A stretch of DNA of 63,265 bases, filler included, from Reclinomonas americana ATCC 50394 (Eukaryota): NCBI GenBank assembly GCA_048213135.1. It is 5 parts of 4 records of this genome, joined end to end, with 100 filler letters (N's around TTAATTAATTAA, not from the genome) between each part and the next. Parts side by side here need not be neighbours in the genome. Positions count along the whole stretch, not along the records: positions 22,107 to 45,796 come from PS015071.1; 4 more parts are not named here. The stretch is one strand, 5' to 3'. Positions 22,474 to 38,523 of this stretch are shown in pieces. The position numbers and the translations under genes were made by a program. Each line of letters opens with the position of its first letter. Position 1 is the first letter of the stretch. The notes beneath the pieces were generated by a model. It ran no database searches. It saw only the letters and a list, made by a program, of their open reading frames with translations, and was not told the origin of the DNA.

Positions 22474-25400
22474 TTAGCCAGCGCAGTCCTCTTGGTATGA
22501 GCCGTCTTGCAGCATGCGCTCGACCTTGGCTCGCCCACTGTCCATGTTGACGAGCGATGCATTGGCGGAATCGCGCTCTGCCAGCAGCCATGCGACTTGC
22601 TCGCGGATGCTGGGGGCGAATTGCAGGAGGCCACTGTGGAGGGAGGTTGAGAAGGAGAAGAGAGTTGCACAGACTGTTCGATTTCTATTCGTGCTTTCTT
22701 TCTTTCGCTCCCTCACTCTCTCTCTCTCTCTCATCTCTTCCTCCCTCCCCTCCCCTTCCCCATCCCCTTCCCTTCCCTTCCCCCGAAACTCACCCACACA
22801 CATACACATGCGCGCCACCACGCTCAAGCATGTCCGTCAGCGGCTCACGCCAGGTGGTCATCAGGTCGCTGACGAACTCGGGCTTTTGCGGCGGGTAATC
22901 CGAGTATGCCACCAGCATCTTGGTGAGCGCACCGCATTCGAGTGCACGCGCCGTCAGTTCGTGGTGGGTCAACAACTGTGGCGCCCGCACGCCCCACAGC
23001 AGCCACGCCGGTCCCAGCTCCACGCCCTGTGCTCGCAAGCGTGATGAGCATGACAATCACACACCCTCACTCCCTGTAGACTCCCCCCTCTCCGCACCTG
23101 CTCACGCATCAGGATGCGTTCCTGCAAAAAGCCGGCGTGCGGGGCAATGCCGGCTCCGGCCGCCACCTGGATAATCGGGCGCAGCGGATCTGTCGGCAAG
23201 CGGAAGGTGGAGGGTCGCACAAAGACCCAGCTGCGATCGCCGGCGCGCAGGCGGTGCAAGTAGTCGGAGCAGAAGCCGTGGAAACCGACTTGCGGATTCG
23301 ACAGGCGCTTCGAGGTGAGCGACACAATGTTGGGGTTGACGCGCGACGACGACGAGATGGAGTAGAAGCGCGGCTGGATGACGGCCAGGGTGTCGAGGAA
23401 GAGCGTCCACGGGGTGAGTGCGGCCAACTGCGGGAACTGGCGCAGCACGGAGAGGGAGGACTGGTGCGGAGCACGCACGAGCGTCTGATACGCATCCTGC
23501 GGGAGGCACATAACGGTAAGCTTGTGGAGAAACACCGAGGCACACANNNNNNNNNNNNNNNNNNNNNNNNNNNNNNNNNNNNNNNNNNNNNNNNNNNNNN
23601 NNNNNNNNNNNNNNNNNNNNNNNNNNNNNNNNNNNNNNNNNNNNNNNNNNNNNNNNNNNNNNNNNNNNNNNNNNNNNNNNNNNNNNNNNNNNNNNNNNNN
23701 NNNNNNNNNNNNNNNNNNNNNNNNNNNNNNNNNNNNNNNNNNNNNNNNNNNNNNNNNNNNNNNNNNNNNNNNNNNNNNNNNNNNNNNNNNNNNNNNNNNN
23801 NNNNNNNNNNTCAACACGCAACGCCCGTCATCAGCTCCAATTGCTGACGCTCGGCACACAGGCCGTGATCCGCGGCCACCGCAGTCAGAAGGCGCAGCAG
23901 CTGACGGGAGCACGGACCGTGCAAGTCGAACACGTGCGTTAGTGCATACGACAGCGTGACACCGGCGTCGTGGTGCAGTACGGCCTTGATACGGGCGGCG
24001 GGATCTGCAGACTAATGTATGAGACACGGAGGTGTGTGTGCACACACTGAACAAGGTGACGCAACTGCCGGGCACCTCACGCACACGCAGTGCCGCCGAT
24101 GGCGACGCCTTTAGCAGTTGCAAGCATTCCTCGACCTCCACCGGCGAGTTGGTGCCAAACACGCCCAGATGGTCACCGGTTTCGTACCGACAGCGCCCCG
24201 CCGTGTGCCGCACCACGTCGAATTCGGTGTGCGTGATCACCTGGCCGGAGCCGGCCGGCAGTAGGTTGAAGGAGCGCGTGACGGCGGCCAGACCCGGGTT
24301 GCGCGCATCGAGACCGGAGCAGTCTGAGAGTGGGAAGCGAGCGGTAATGTCGTTCAGCGGCGGACTGCCGCACGTCTTGACGGCCTCGATGGAGCAGTGA
24401 GTGCTGACATGGGGAGAGTGAGTTGAGAGAGTGGGTGGTGGGTGGGGGACTAATGTGCTCACCGGAACTCATCGAGTGCAGACGTCTTCTTGCCGGCCGT
24501 CGTTGCAGCGGAGTCGGCGGGCGCAGCAGCGACATCAGCGACGCCACCACTCACGGTGGCCTTGTAGGCCTTCCAGAATTGTTCTTCCCACGCCATGAAG
24601 TCGCCTTCGAGACTGCACGGGTGAATGTAGGTCAGCGACGCTGCGTGTCACTCGCTTTGTGGTGGCCCCTCGCTTGTCGCTCTGTGGTGGTGCTCCACGC
24701 TTGTCGCTCTGTGGTGGTGCCCCTCGCTTGTCGCACTGTGGCGGTGCCCACTCACTTGTCGCTCTGCGGATGGTGCCCACTCGCTGGTCGCTCTGTGGCG
24801 GTGCCCACTCGCTGGTCGCTCTGTGGCGGTGCCCACTCGCTGGTCGCTCTGTGGCGGTGCCCACTCGCTGGTCGCTCTGTAGTGGTGCCCACTTGCTGCG
24901 CTCTGTGGTGGTGCCCACTTGCTGCGCTCTGTGGCGGTGCCCACTCGCTGGTCGCTCTGCGGATGGTGCCCACTCGCTGGTCGCTCTATGACGGTGCCCA
25001 CTCACTTGTCGCTCTGTGGTGGTGCCCACCCGTGTGCCCTGCGACGGTGCCCCCCTCGCTGCGCTCTGTTACGGTGTGTCGCTCTGTGGACAGTGCCCAC
25101 TCGCTTTTCTGCCCACTCGCTGCCCTCAATGACTGCTTCCTCATTGTTTGCTCTCTGGTGTCATTCTGCGACAGATCCACTCCGCTCCTCTCCCGTATCT
25201 CCCTTGTACGCAACTCGCTGCCATCATCGCCCTCGCCACGCGGCAGCATGGGCGTCGCCCCCAGCTCCGTCAATCGGCGCTCCAGTGCCTTGCCGACCAT
25301 CTGGTACCGCTCCGGGAACGTCATCTTGTTGCCGAGACCAAAGATCTGAACATGCAAAAGTCAGTTGTCTGCAGTCACACACTGCCTCTCAAACAAAAAC

Positions 25401-25971
25401 TCACCGCATAACGCAGACTCGACAGCGACCCAGGTGTCAACCGCGGCGAGTTGAGCAACCAGTTGAAGAACGGCTTGGCATTGTCGGTGGGCTCGCCGGC
25501 GCTACAGCACCAATTAAAAAACGATCGAAATGCACATGTACTACACGACCAATCAATCACACACTCACCCATAACACGCGACGACAAACACACAATCGGG
25601 CGGTGTCGCAGAGCCCAGCAGCTCGCTCTCCCACTTGAAGTCCTCCAGATCAACCACGTTGGCCTTGGCCGGCGCCGGCACTCGTGTGCGCGCTCCGTCA
25701 CCCAAAACATCAGCAAAACCCTACTCATGATCACACGAGTGAGACGCGATGAAGACGTGTGCGCGTCTGTGTGTGCATCTCAGCGCAACATGAGCGTTGC
25801 CAGTCTGCGATCCAAACAGAATGCGTAGTGGCCGCACTGTGGGGAGAGAGAGAGAGAGAGAGTGAGCATGACATGCGCACAAGAGCTGGGCCTCATGATG
25901 GACTGACCAACAGCTGCTGTGGAGGAGAAGCATCGCGCACCACTCGCAACTGACGCCAATGCACGCAGCAT
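22474..25971 (-). CDS. Diflavin oxidoreductase (flavodoxin + FAD/NAD(P)H, cytochrome P450 reductase-like) with a putative mitochondrial presequence
   Basis: MLRALASVASGARCFSSTAA; ILFGSQTGNA; ACYGAGEPTDNAKPF; IFGLGN; GEGDDGSDLEGDFMAW; YETGDHLGVFGTN; QPRFYSISSS; GFCSDYL; FRLPTDPLRPII..GAGIAP; HVYVCG; YQEDCAG-TAA. Confidence 0.92.
24645..25125. repeat. ~25-28 bp minisatellite inside a reductase intron
   Basis: Tandem copies of GTGCCCACTCGCTGGTCGCTCTGTGGCG with variants and no spacers. Confidence 0.9.
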
Positions 25972-26373
25972 CTTTGTCTGTTCTCTCTCCTTGTCTCGTC
26001 ACAAACACGCAATCTCCCCAAAAACTCATGCTGAATCTTTTTCGCATCTCCCCACAATGAACCTGAAAACTCTTCCTTTCTTGGGGGCACACGGCTCGAA
26101 CTCTCCGCGTTCAGAAACTCTGTGGCGAAGCTCTCTTCACTCACACTTTGTGAGAGTGGCGACAGCAAGCTTGGCGCTGCACGCGCGTCGCATCTGCGCA
26201 GGGGGGCGGTTCCCAGCGGGGTCAACTGCCAGCAGATGCGGACTGTTGACCATTCGGGAAAGAACAAAATATGAGCCGAGATGCGCATCGCGTGGGATTG
26301 GCTGGAATCACTCGCCTACTCTCCTTTTCTCTCTGTCGTTTGGAGCGCAGACCACCCCACGCACACTCGTTGC

Positions 26374-28833
<2,460 letters not shown>

Positions 28834-28919
28834 ATCGGCAGCTGTTGGCACCACACCAATCAATGCACGATACCCATAATATGATGAAAATGCAAGCCGC
28901 TTGTACTCATTAGTGACAT

Positions 28920-31900
28920 TCATCGCAACGCCAGTCGGCGCTTGGGAGTGAGAACGGCATAGTAGATCCACACAGAGCAAAGGCCGTGAACGTAGGGGAA
29001 GAGGCGGACGGCCACAGAGAACTTGGCCTCGCGGTGTGCCACCGTATGCAGCTGCGTGTCCTCGATGCCACGCAAGATGTGTGCGTCCCAACCCTGACGA
29101 GTTGCGCAAGTGAGTGAGTGCACGCAGTGAAGTGAATGATGGGTCGAGATCAAACACGCGCACACACCTCTTCCCGCAAGAGTCGGAGATTGAGTTTAAA
29201 GTTGAGTGGGAAGCCCTCAATGTCGTAACTAGCGCGACGAATGCTCTCGAGCGCCGCGTCGTGCTCCTCCTCGGCAAACGGCCGTCCGCATCGCTTCTCC
29301 TCAAACAGGCGCAGCAAGTCGGAGAACACAGTGGAACTGTGTCAACAAGAATAAGCGATCTTCCTCTTCTCTTCTCGACAGGCACTGCTCGTCGACGCAA
29401 CTCGTGCCAGTTGGTGGCGCGAATGTGGTAGCGCAGTTTGACAACGAGATCGTGCACGGACTCTTGCAGCAGGAACCGCGCATCCTCCACCAACAGCTCG
29501 TCAATGGACTCGTACACCAATGGTGCTTGCACTGTGGACACGACGCCGGGTTTTGGGCGTTGCAAGGTGAACAGCGGCTGCCATGCACGCCAGTCCGACA
29601 GGTTGTAGGTGATGGTGGAGGGCGAGGTGGTGTCCTGAATGTTGGCCCACACATTGTCTTCGCTGATAACGCAGCCAATCGACTTCAGCGGGCAGTGCGG
29701 ATCCAACACATTGAAGACACGACCGAGGCCGGCATCAATCAGCTGCGACAAGGCGGATGAGAATACGGCGATGGGAGGCGATGCGGAAAAACCTTCTTGA
29801 AAAATACCGTGACAGTGCCGCCAGGCTGTCGCCACAGCACGTACGCCGTGGTGCCGGCGGGAACCGAGTGGCCCAACACAAGGCGCACATCCTGCAAACC
29901 GACGAAGCAGTTACACATCTCACATCTATTGCGCTATTCACAGAGAGAGATACGAAACCTCATTGAGGGCAAGCATGAAATTGCACAGCAGAATGGCGTG
30001 CTCCTCCTCGTCGCCGGCGAGCAGGTCAAGGAATTCCTGCAACGAGAGATGGTGAGGGGGCATGGATGGAAGGTACGTATGCGAATCAACGCAACTTGCG
30101 ATGTGGTCCACACATCCGACCGATCGTAAAACGTCAAGTAGTCCTCCACAAACGGGATCAATGACACGAAGCGCACCAGCAGCGAAATGTCTTCCATGCC
30201 CTCTGGTGGCGATTGCGGAGTGATGTATCGGCACACCAAGTCGGCTTCGCCATCCAAGTTGCCGACGAGCACACGGATCATGCGATCGCGGTACTGCTGA
30301 CTGAGCGACTGCTCCCAGTGCAGCAGCATGGCGTGCAGGCCATCGTCGAGACGAGATTCACGCTGTTTGTGTGTGCGCGCAAGGGTGAGGTGAGTATCGC
30401 TGATAATTGGTGCGAGGAGGAGAAGCGACAACACCACCCACCATGTCGGCTGCAGAGGACGGTTTCGGCAGGTTGGGATCCAGACTGACGTACAAGGAGA
30501 GCACCGACGGGGGCACTTGTCCGCGTCGCTGTACGCGCCCCACTGCAGTCTCCCAGCGACTGGCGGGCGCATCGGCACTGGCACGCCCACTGCACACACC
30601 GATCGCAGTTATTCATCACCACAGGCCGAGGTGCTGCCGACAACTTTGTGAAAAAACGCAACACCGACTGCTGCGACTGCGGTGACCATGGCGCGCCGGG
30701 GCGTCGCGACGATGAGCGACGAGCAGCTGGCGGCGACAATGGCCGATCGCGATCGCGACTCCGTCGCAACTCCTCGAGTTCCTCGATACGACGACTCACC
30801 AGTGCTGGCGTGTAGGCGACGTTCACTGGTGGTGTGTCGACGATGAAGGCGCCCTCCACCTGGGTGGAGGAGGAAGGGGGAGAGGGTGAGGGAGAGGGTG
30901 AAGGAGAGGGGGAGGAGGAGGAGAAGGGAGAACGGAAAGGGAGAGGGAGAGGGAGAGGGAGAGGGAGAGGGAGAGGGAGAGGAGAGGGAGGAGAGGAGGG
31001 GAGAGGGGAGAGGGGAGGAGGGGAGGAGGGGAGGAGGGGANNNNNNNNNNNNNNNNNNNNNNNNNNNNNNNNNNNNNNNNNNNNNNNNNNNNNNNNNNNN
31101 NNNNNNNNNNNNNNNNNNNNNNNNNNNNNNNNNNNNNNNNNNNNNNNNNNNNNNNNNNNNNNNNNNNNNNNNNNNNNNNNNNNNNNNNNNNNNNNNNNNN
31201 NNNNNNNNNNNNNNNNNNNNNNNNNNNNNNNNNNNNNNNNNNNNNNNNNNNNNNNNNNNNNNNNNNNNNNNNNNNNNNNNNNNNNNNNNNNNNNNNNNNN
31301 NNNNNNNNNNNNNNNNNNNNNNNNNNNNNNNNNNNNNNNNNNNNNNNNNNNNNNNNNNNNNNNNNNNNNNNNNNNNNNNNNNNNNNNNNNNNNNNNNNNN
31401 NNNNNNNNNNNNNNNNNNNNNNNNNNNNNNNNNNNNNNNNNNNNNNNNNNNNNNNNNNNNNNNNNNNNNNNNNNNNNNNNNNNNNNNNNNNNNNNNNNNN
31501 NNNNNNNNNNNNNNNNNNNNNNNNNNNNNNNNNNNNNNNNNNNNNNNNNNNNNNNNNNNNNNNNNNGGGTGAGAATCTCGTTGGGTGCCAGACGATCCAT
31601 CTGAGTTTGCACACACACCGCTGTCAGCTCACTAGCATGTGGTCCCCCCAGCACTGCATGAACGCAACAGCTGTGGTCGACGACTCCTCCACGACAATCT
31701 CGTCAAACAAATTGATGTCGATGCTCTCGTGGATGCGCTGCACATCGTGTTCCTCATCGGATCCCCACGCGAGCGGAATCTGCTCGTAACGCCCACAGTA
31801 AGCAAAACATGTGATGACATCAGAGTACCGACCATTCACAAACCTCAAACTGCAGCTGCAGGCTCTCGTTGAAGATCGGATCGGGTCCGCGCTGCGTTGC

Positions 31901-34900
31901 CGTCCACTGCACCTGATCGCGGAAGCGCACCTCCACCATGGGAAACACGGCATTGTCAAAGTCGAGCAGTGCTTCGGGATCTCGTCGCTCATCATAGTCC
32001 TCCTCATCGTCGTCTTGCGCATCCTGCCTGTTTCGCGCGCCTCTCTCCTCCTCCTCGTCTTCCCCTTCCTCCTCCTCAGCATTCTCGTGGCCACCATCGC
32101 CACCCTGCTCCACGTCGGCTCGCTCACTGCCACGTCTTCCTTCCGCTTCTTCTTCACCTCCCTGCAGCAGTCAATCAAGTCAGCAGTTGCCTTCACGACG
32201 ACAAACGCGCATCACAACACGCAACTGCTGCGGATGACCGTGATCGACGCACAGCAGCCCGCGATCTGTGTCGCGTGGCAGAAATTGTGAGCACAACATG
32301 CATGCAAAAAATGCAGCTCCACGACACGCAACTGACTGCCGTCCTGCTCAACGCCAACGCCCGCAGCCTCCTCCTCCTCGTCGCCCTCGTTGGAGTTGCG
32401 AGCTTTGCACGCAAGAGTCATGTGAGCACGCACAACCGTTAGTCTACTAAACAACTGCACACACAACTGAAACTTTCCAAGAGGCCCGTTTGCGACCCCG
32501 AGCGATTCCGGCTGCGCACGACGACAACGGTCAGCGAGACAACAGGAATGCGATACGCATTCACAAGCACGAAACGTAAGTGGTGGCCGTTGATCGCCAC
32601 TACCACCACCATCACCACCACCACGGCCACGGCCACGGCCACGACCGCCACCTCTACCTCCACCACGCCCCCTTCCACGCCCTGGTGGACGAGGCGGCCG
32701 TTCACCATCGTCCAGCGACCGCCGCAACTGTCGCTGCTGTTGCGCCATGCGGCGACCACGACCATAATATCCTGGTCCACCGCCACGACCTCGACCACGG
32801 CCCCGTCCGTCTCGCTCATCGTACTCCTCCTCGTCCTCCATTTCACGCCGCCTTCGCGCATTCTGCGTCTCCTCACGTTGCTCCAGAAATGAGCGTCGAA
32901 TCGGGAGGTGGTATCCGCGGTTGATTTGCACAATGAGTCGGCAGTACTGTGGCACAATGTCGACTTCGGAGCGCGCAAAGCGGAACGGCTTGAGCGGGCG
33001 GCGAGGCAGGAAAAAGTTGCGAATGCCCTTCGAGACGAGATGAGACGAGACGAGCTTGCTTGGCCAAAAACGCATTGAACGCTGAAGCAAACCTGCCACA
33101 GTGCAGTGACATTGGGGAAGCGTGGTTCCACCACAAACTCCGACGAGGCGTGGGTGCGCTTCCGTCGTGTCCGCAAGGCGAGGTGGTGACGACGCACGTG
33201 GCGGATCTGTGCCGAGTAGTCTTGCAGTTGTGCCTCCTCTTGCAGCGTGCGCTTCGAGCGGCGCAGCATCCATGGCGTGACGTCGCTGCGTCAGGGAGAG
33301 GAGAGAGAGATCGATAAAGAGAGACAGTGAGCAATGAGAGAGAGAGAGAGTGATAAAAAGAGAGAGTGTGTGTGATAAGGAAAGAGAGAGAGAGAGTGAG
33401 GGATAAAGAAAGAGAGAGTGAGAGAGTGACAAAGAGAGAGAAAGAGAGAGAGAGAGAGAGACATTGTGAATGTACAAGTGTAATGGTAGAAGAACAGTGA
33501 CAGTGAGCGAATATACGAGGCAGAAAGGCAAACCTGTCGTGCATGGGCACTGGTCCACGATACTCGCACATGCCACGAGATTGCATTCGCGACAACAATT
33601 GTCGTCGTGTGAGTGGTACTGCACCGTGGCGCTGTTACACCAGTGGATACGACGTGAGGTGACTCGTTCCAGAATGCCAGCTCACACGGACACGCACCAC
33701 CAGTTGCATGTCCTGCTTGACAATGTTGCTGATGGAAAAGCCCGAGTCGATCAGCTGTTCTGGATCGAGGCCTTCCAGGAGGTCGTACAAGGCCGCATTG
33801 GCGGGGTCATTCGGATCCAACTCGGCGCCGTCAAACATGTTCTGTGGCAGACACGTTAGAGTGGAGAGAAACGGAGAAAGAGAACAAGATAAAGTTCGCG
33901 CACCCGCAGCTCCTCCATTCCCAACAGCGTCTGCAGGGGGTTGGCGGGTATTCTCCGGCGCCTGCAAAGAGGGAAGGAGGGGTGAGTGGTAAAGGACAAA
34001 GGATGGGGAAGCAGGGAACAGAGGTGGAATGAGTGGGCTAGAAAAGAGAGGGGGAAGTAAAAAAGAAAAAGGAAAGGCAAAAGGAAATTGAGAGAAGCGG
34101 AATAGATTAGGACGAGAGGCGGCAGAGTGGAGAAGAGAAGCAGAGAATGTCGAAGTAGGGGATAGAGGTGGAATGAGAGAAGGGATGAAGCGGCGCAGAC
34201 ATGAGAAAGGATTGGAAAGTGAAGGGGGAAGACATCGATGAGAAAGACAAGAGAGGCGCAACGGAGAGAAGCAAGAGTGGAGGAAGCTGAATGAGAGGGG
34301 AAAGAGAAATAGAGAGGAAAATGGGAGAAAGGGCAGAGGAAAGCAAAGTGAATGATGCGCCAATGCAGAGATGAATATGAACCTTTGCTGTCGGCCAAAG
34401 GGAATCGCCAGCGCCGAAGTAGGTCCCTCATCCTCCGCCTCGCCGCTGCCCTTGACCGCTGCTCCAGTCGTGGCACCACTCGAGCGTGCATTGCCCTACA
34501 TCGGCACACAACCAAATCAGTTGATCGTCGCAGATACAGCACAGTGCCACCACTATCACGACGTTACCGGCTTCATCCAGCGAATGGTGGTGGCCAGCAG
34601 ACCCGTGACACGGCGCGGTCCAGTGATGCATGCCAGCTCCAGCGCCGACGGCTTGTCGTTGCGCAGCCGAGCAATGACAAGGCCCTGTGAAGGAAGGAGA
34701 CGGTGAGAATAGCCGCGGAGGAGAGTTCATCTCCTCCTCTGCAACGAACGCACGGCGAAATACTGTGGATTGTGCGACGCTCGCGGCTCAAACGTCAATC
34801 GGTCCTCGAACTCGACCATGGTCTCCTTGCCCCACGACCGGTCGTCGTCCAGTCGAATACGCCCAGATCCCACACACCGACTGGAAGACGTCTATGCACA

Positions 34901-37594
34901 CAAGCAGAATAAGGAGGCGAAAAGCAACAAAAAGAGAAGAAAGAGCGAAACACAACTCGCTCAAACACCGCAAAGTGCAGTTCCTCGGGCGGCGAGAAGA
35001 ACTGAATCGAGATAATCTCCTCCAGTCGACACTGGAGCAATGAATTCAGCTGGCCAAGTGACGATGCAGCAACCAGTGACGCGCGGCCAGGAATGAAGAA
35101 ACGGACATCCAGTTGCAGCTGTCGCAGGTGCTGTCGTCGCTTTTGTTCCTCCTGTGGTGCACGAATCAGTCAGCCCATGTGCGCAGCGACATCAAAGGCT
35201 CTCGACCACAAGCCGACGCAACGACATTGGCCAACTCGGCCTCCAGTGTAATGTCGGAGCCAGTAACCGAGGGAATGATGATGGGTTCGTTCTCGGGGCG
35301 ATGGCAAGAGTCCCAGTCCTTGGGCGCACCATACTGTTAGCCTCGCAGCGATAGAATGACTCAGTATGTGCGACAAAAAAACCTCCTCAACAATCCGCAA
35401 AACGTCGTCCTCGTCAAAGGTCTCCGCAGCAAATGGCGGCGGGACTGGACGGCCGGCTTGCAGACTGCGCGATGTGACGTCAGTGGCGCGAGTGAAGATG
35501 CTGCGAGGAACACAGACGCACCAGTGCAATGTCTCCAGGTCGTGCTCGTGTCGTGCGAGACCCATTTCTGCCTCCCACAAATCGCGTTCCTCGGCCAGGG
35601 TTCGCGCGACTTCCTCGGCACGGGATTCTCGGCGCTGCGGGTAAAAGGGGAAGGGATAAGAGGGAAAGAAGGAGGAAAAGCAGGGGGACACGGGAAGAGA
35701 ATAGGAAGGGGACACGAGGGGAGGAGAAGAGGGGGAGACGATTAAGAAGCAGATAGATGAGTGGGGAAAGGAAGTGATGGAGAGGACAATATCGTAGGGC
35801 AGTGGAGAATTGTTGCAAAACAACGAGTAGAAGAGAGAGAGAAACGCACACACACACACACACAGAAGCAATGGTGATGGAAAAATGCAGCACTCAAGAA
35901 AAAGGCTATGAGAAAAGAGAGAAAAATCAAACTCAACACTGATGATCTTGAGAGATAAGCAGGCAAAACAGGCGGGGCAGGACGATGGAGAGACAGGCAA
36001 CCGTCGATGGAGAAACGATATACGGCGACAGAGGTAGAAGTTACTTGGCGAATGCTGAGGGAGATGCACGTGCAGAACAAGGGAACAGGCATGAGTGGCA
36101 GAGAAAAGAACACACACACAGGCACGCAGACAGACAAGCAGACAACATACAAACATACAGAAACGGACAGACTGGCAGTCTGAGAGATAGAGAATGCGTA
36201 TGAGTGTTTGAGAGGATGTGAAAAAGGCAACAGTCACACGGTGTGAAGTAAGTGGATATATATGCGGAGCCACAAGGAATGATTGTGACAGGGAGAGACC
36301 AGAAACATTAACACGGTGAAAGTGCGGTGAAGCAAGACATACCGCCACCACGTCGGGTGCCGGACGCATGGCAAACTGCACGGCGAGTGCACAGGCAGTG
36401 AATTGCTGACGAGTGCGCAGCTCCTTGACGGCCTTCCACAACGAAATGATGCGCTGCACGAGTTGCCACTCGCGTGCACTTGCGTCGTCCTGCACAGCGC
36501 ACAGAGGTCACTCACGATCCGCGCGTACGTGACACAAGATGACACTATGGCACTCACTCGCTGGCGACGCATGAGGGCTATCTCTCGCAACAGATTGCGC
36601 CGCTGCTTCAGATCGCGCCACCGCTCCTCGCAGTCGCCGAGTGTGGCCGGTGGCAGCTGGTCAAACGAGTGGCGCAGCGACTGTCGCACACAGTTTTGTT
36701 ATCGTTTAGCACTCGTGATGTAATCACCATGCAGAGAACTGCAAACCTCCACGCGCTGCTCCAAATACGACGCCTGCTCGCCCTTGTGGCACACCTGGTA
36801 CTCGTCCCACGATGCCACAATCTCTAAACACAACACCGCCTCGGCGCATATCAGTGGATGGTCGAGCAGCACCACTTCGCGGAGATCCAAGTCGAGCTGG
36901 TAGACTGAGGGCGTGCTTGGTGTGTGGTCTGTGGGGAGGAGAAGGGGGCGTGAGGAGAAGGCAGGGAGAAAGAAGGAGGGAGAGAGGCGAAGAGAAATAA
37001 AGGCAAAGTGCAAGACTCAAAGAAATGCGATTATGACAAGTGAGGAAAGGAGAAGCGGATTAAAAGGAAAGAGTCAAGCAAGAAAAAACAAACAAGGAGA
37101 TATCACAGAAACGAGAAGGAGCGATAATGAGAGCAGAACAAAGATGAGCGGCAATAAAGGCGAGAAATATCAGACAGAGGTTGATAAATGCGAATGAGTG
37201 TAAGTGAGAAAGTGAGAGGGAGAGCAGCAGGAAGGAGCACGAAGAACACAATGGTGAGCGATGGAGATACAATGAAATATGTAAGAGTATACGAGATACA
37301 GAGCAAGACCGTGAAGCACGAAGGAGTGATGCAAGCGAGAAAGGGGAAGCGAGGAAACAGGAGATACAGAGTGAGCGATGGTAAGAGAGTGAAGAACTTC
37401 CGGAAGCGTAATGCACGCGAGAGAGGAGAACAGAGTAAACAGGAGATACAGAGCGAGACCGTGAAGCACGAAGGAGTGATGCACGCGAGAGAGAGGGAAA
37501 GAATGAACGAGAGATAGTAAGATGCAGAGCGTGCGATGGAGAGACAAGTGCAAGCGAGAGGGGAACAGCACAGCAGACAAATATAGACGGATAC

Positions 37595-37651
<57 letters not shown>

Positions 37652-38492
37652 NNNNNNNNNNNNNNNNNNNNNNNNNNNNNNNNNNNNNNNNNNNNNNNNN
37701 NNNNNNNNNNNNNNNNNNNNNNNNNNNNNNNNNNNNNNNNNNNNNNNNNNNNNNNNNNNNNNNNNNNNNNNNNNNNNNNNNNNNNNNNNNNNNNNNNNNN
37801 NNNNNNNNNNNNNNNNNNNNNNNNNNNNNNNNNNNNNNNNNNNNNNNNNNNNNNNNNNNNNNNNNNNNNNNNNNNNNNNNNNNNNNNNNNNNNNNNNNNN
37901 NNNNNNNNNNNNNNNNNNNNNNNNNNNNNNNNNNNNNNNNNNNNNNNNNNNNNNNNNNNNNNNNNNNNNNNNNNNNNNNNNNNNNNNNNNNNNNNNNNNN
38001 NNNNNNNNNNNNNNNNNNNNNNNNNNNNNNNNNNNNNNNNNNNNNNNNNNNNNNNNNNNNNNNNNNNNNNNNNNNNNNNNNNNNNNNNNNNNNNNNNNNN
38101 NNNNNNNNNNNNNNNNNNNNNNNNNNNNNNNNNNNNNNNNNNNNNNNNNNNNNNNNNNNNNNNNNNNNNNNNNNNNNNNNNNNNNNNNNNNNNNNNNNNN
38201 NNNNNNNNNNNNNNNNNNNNNNNNNNNNNNNNNNNNNNNNNNNNNNNNNNNNNNNNNNNNNNNNNNNNNNNNNNNNNNNNNNNNNNNNNNNNNNNNNNNN
38301 NNNNNNNNNNNNNNNNNNNNNNNNNNNNNNNNNNNNNNNNNNNNNNNNNNNNNNNNNNNNNNNNNNNNNNNNNNNNNNNNNNNNNNNNNNNNNNNNNNNN
38401 NNNNNNNNNNNNNNNNNNNNNNNNNNNNNNNNNNNNNNNNNNNNNNNNNNNNNNNNNNNNNNNNNNNNNNNNNNNNNNNNNNNNNNNNNNNN

Positions 38493-38523
<31 letters not shown>

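Noticed and set aside
24645-25125. 28-bp repeat array as a possible CRISPR array
   Set aside because: The units are head-to-tail without unique spacers, the array is intronic, and there are no cas genes.
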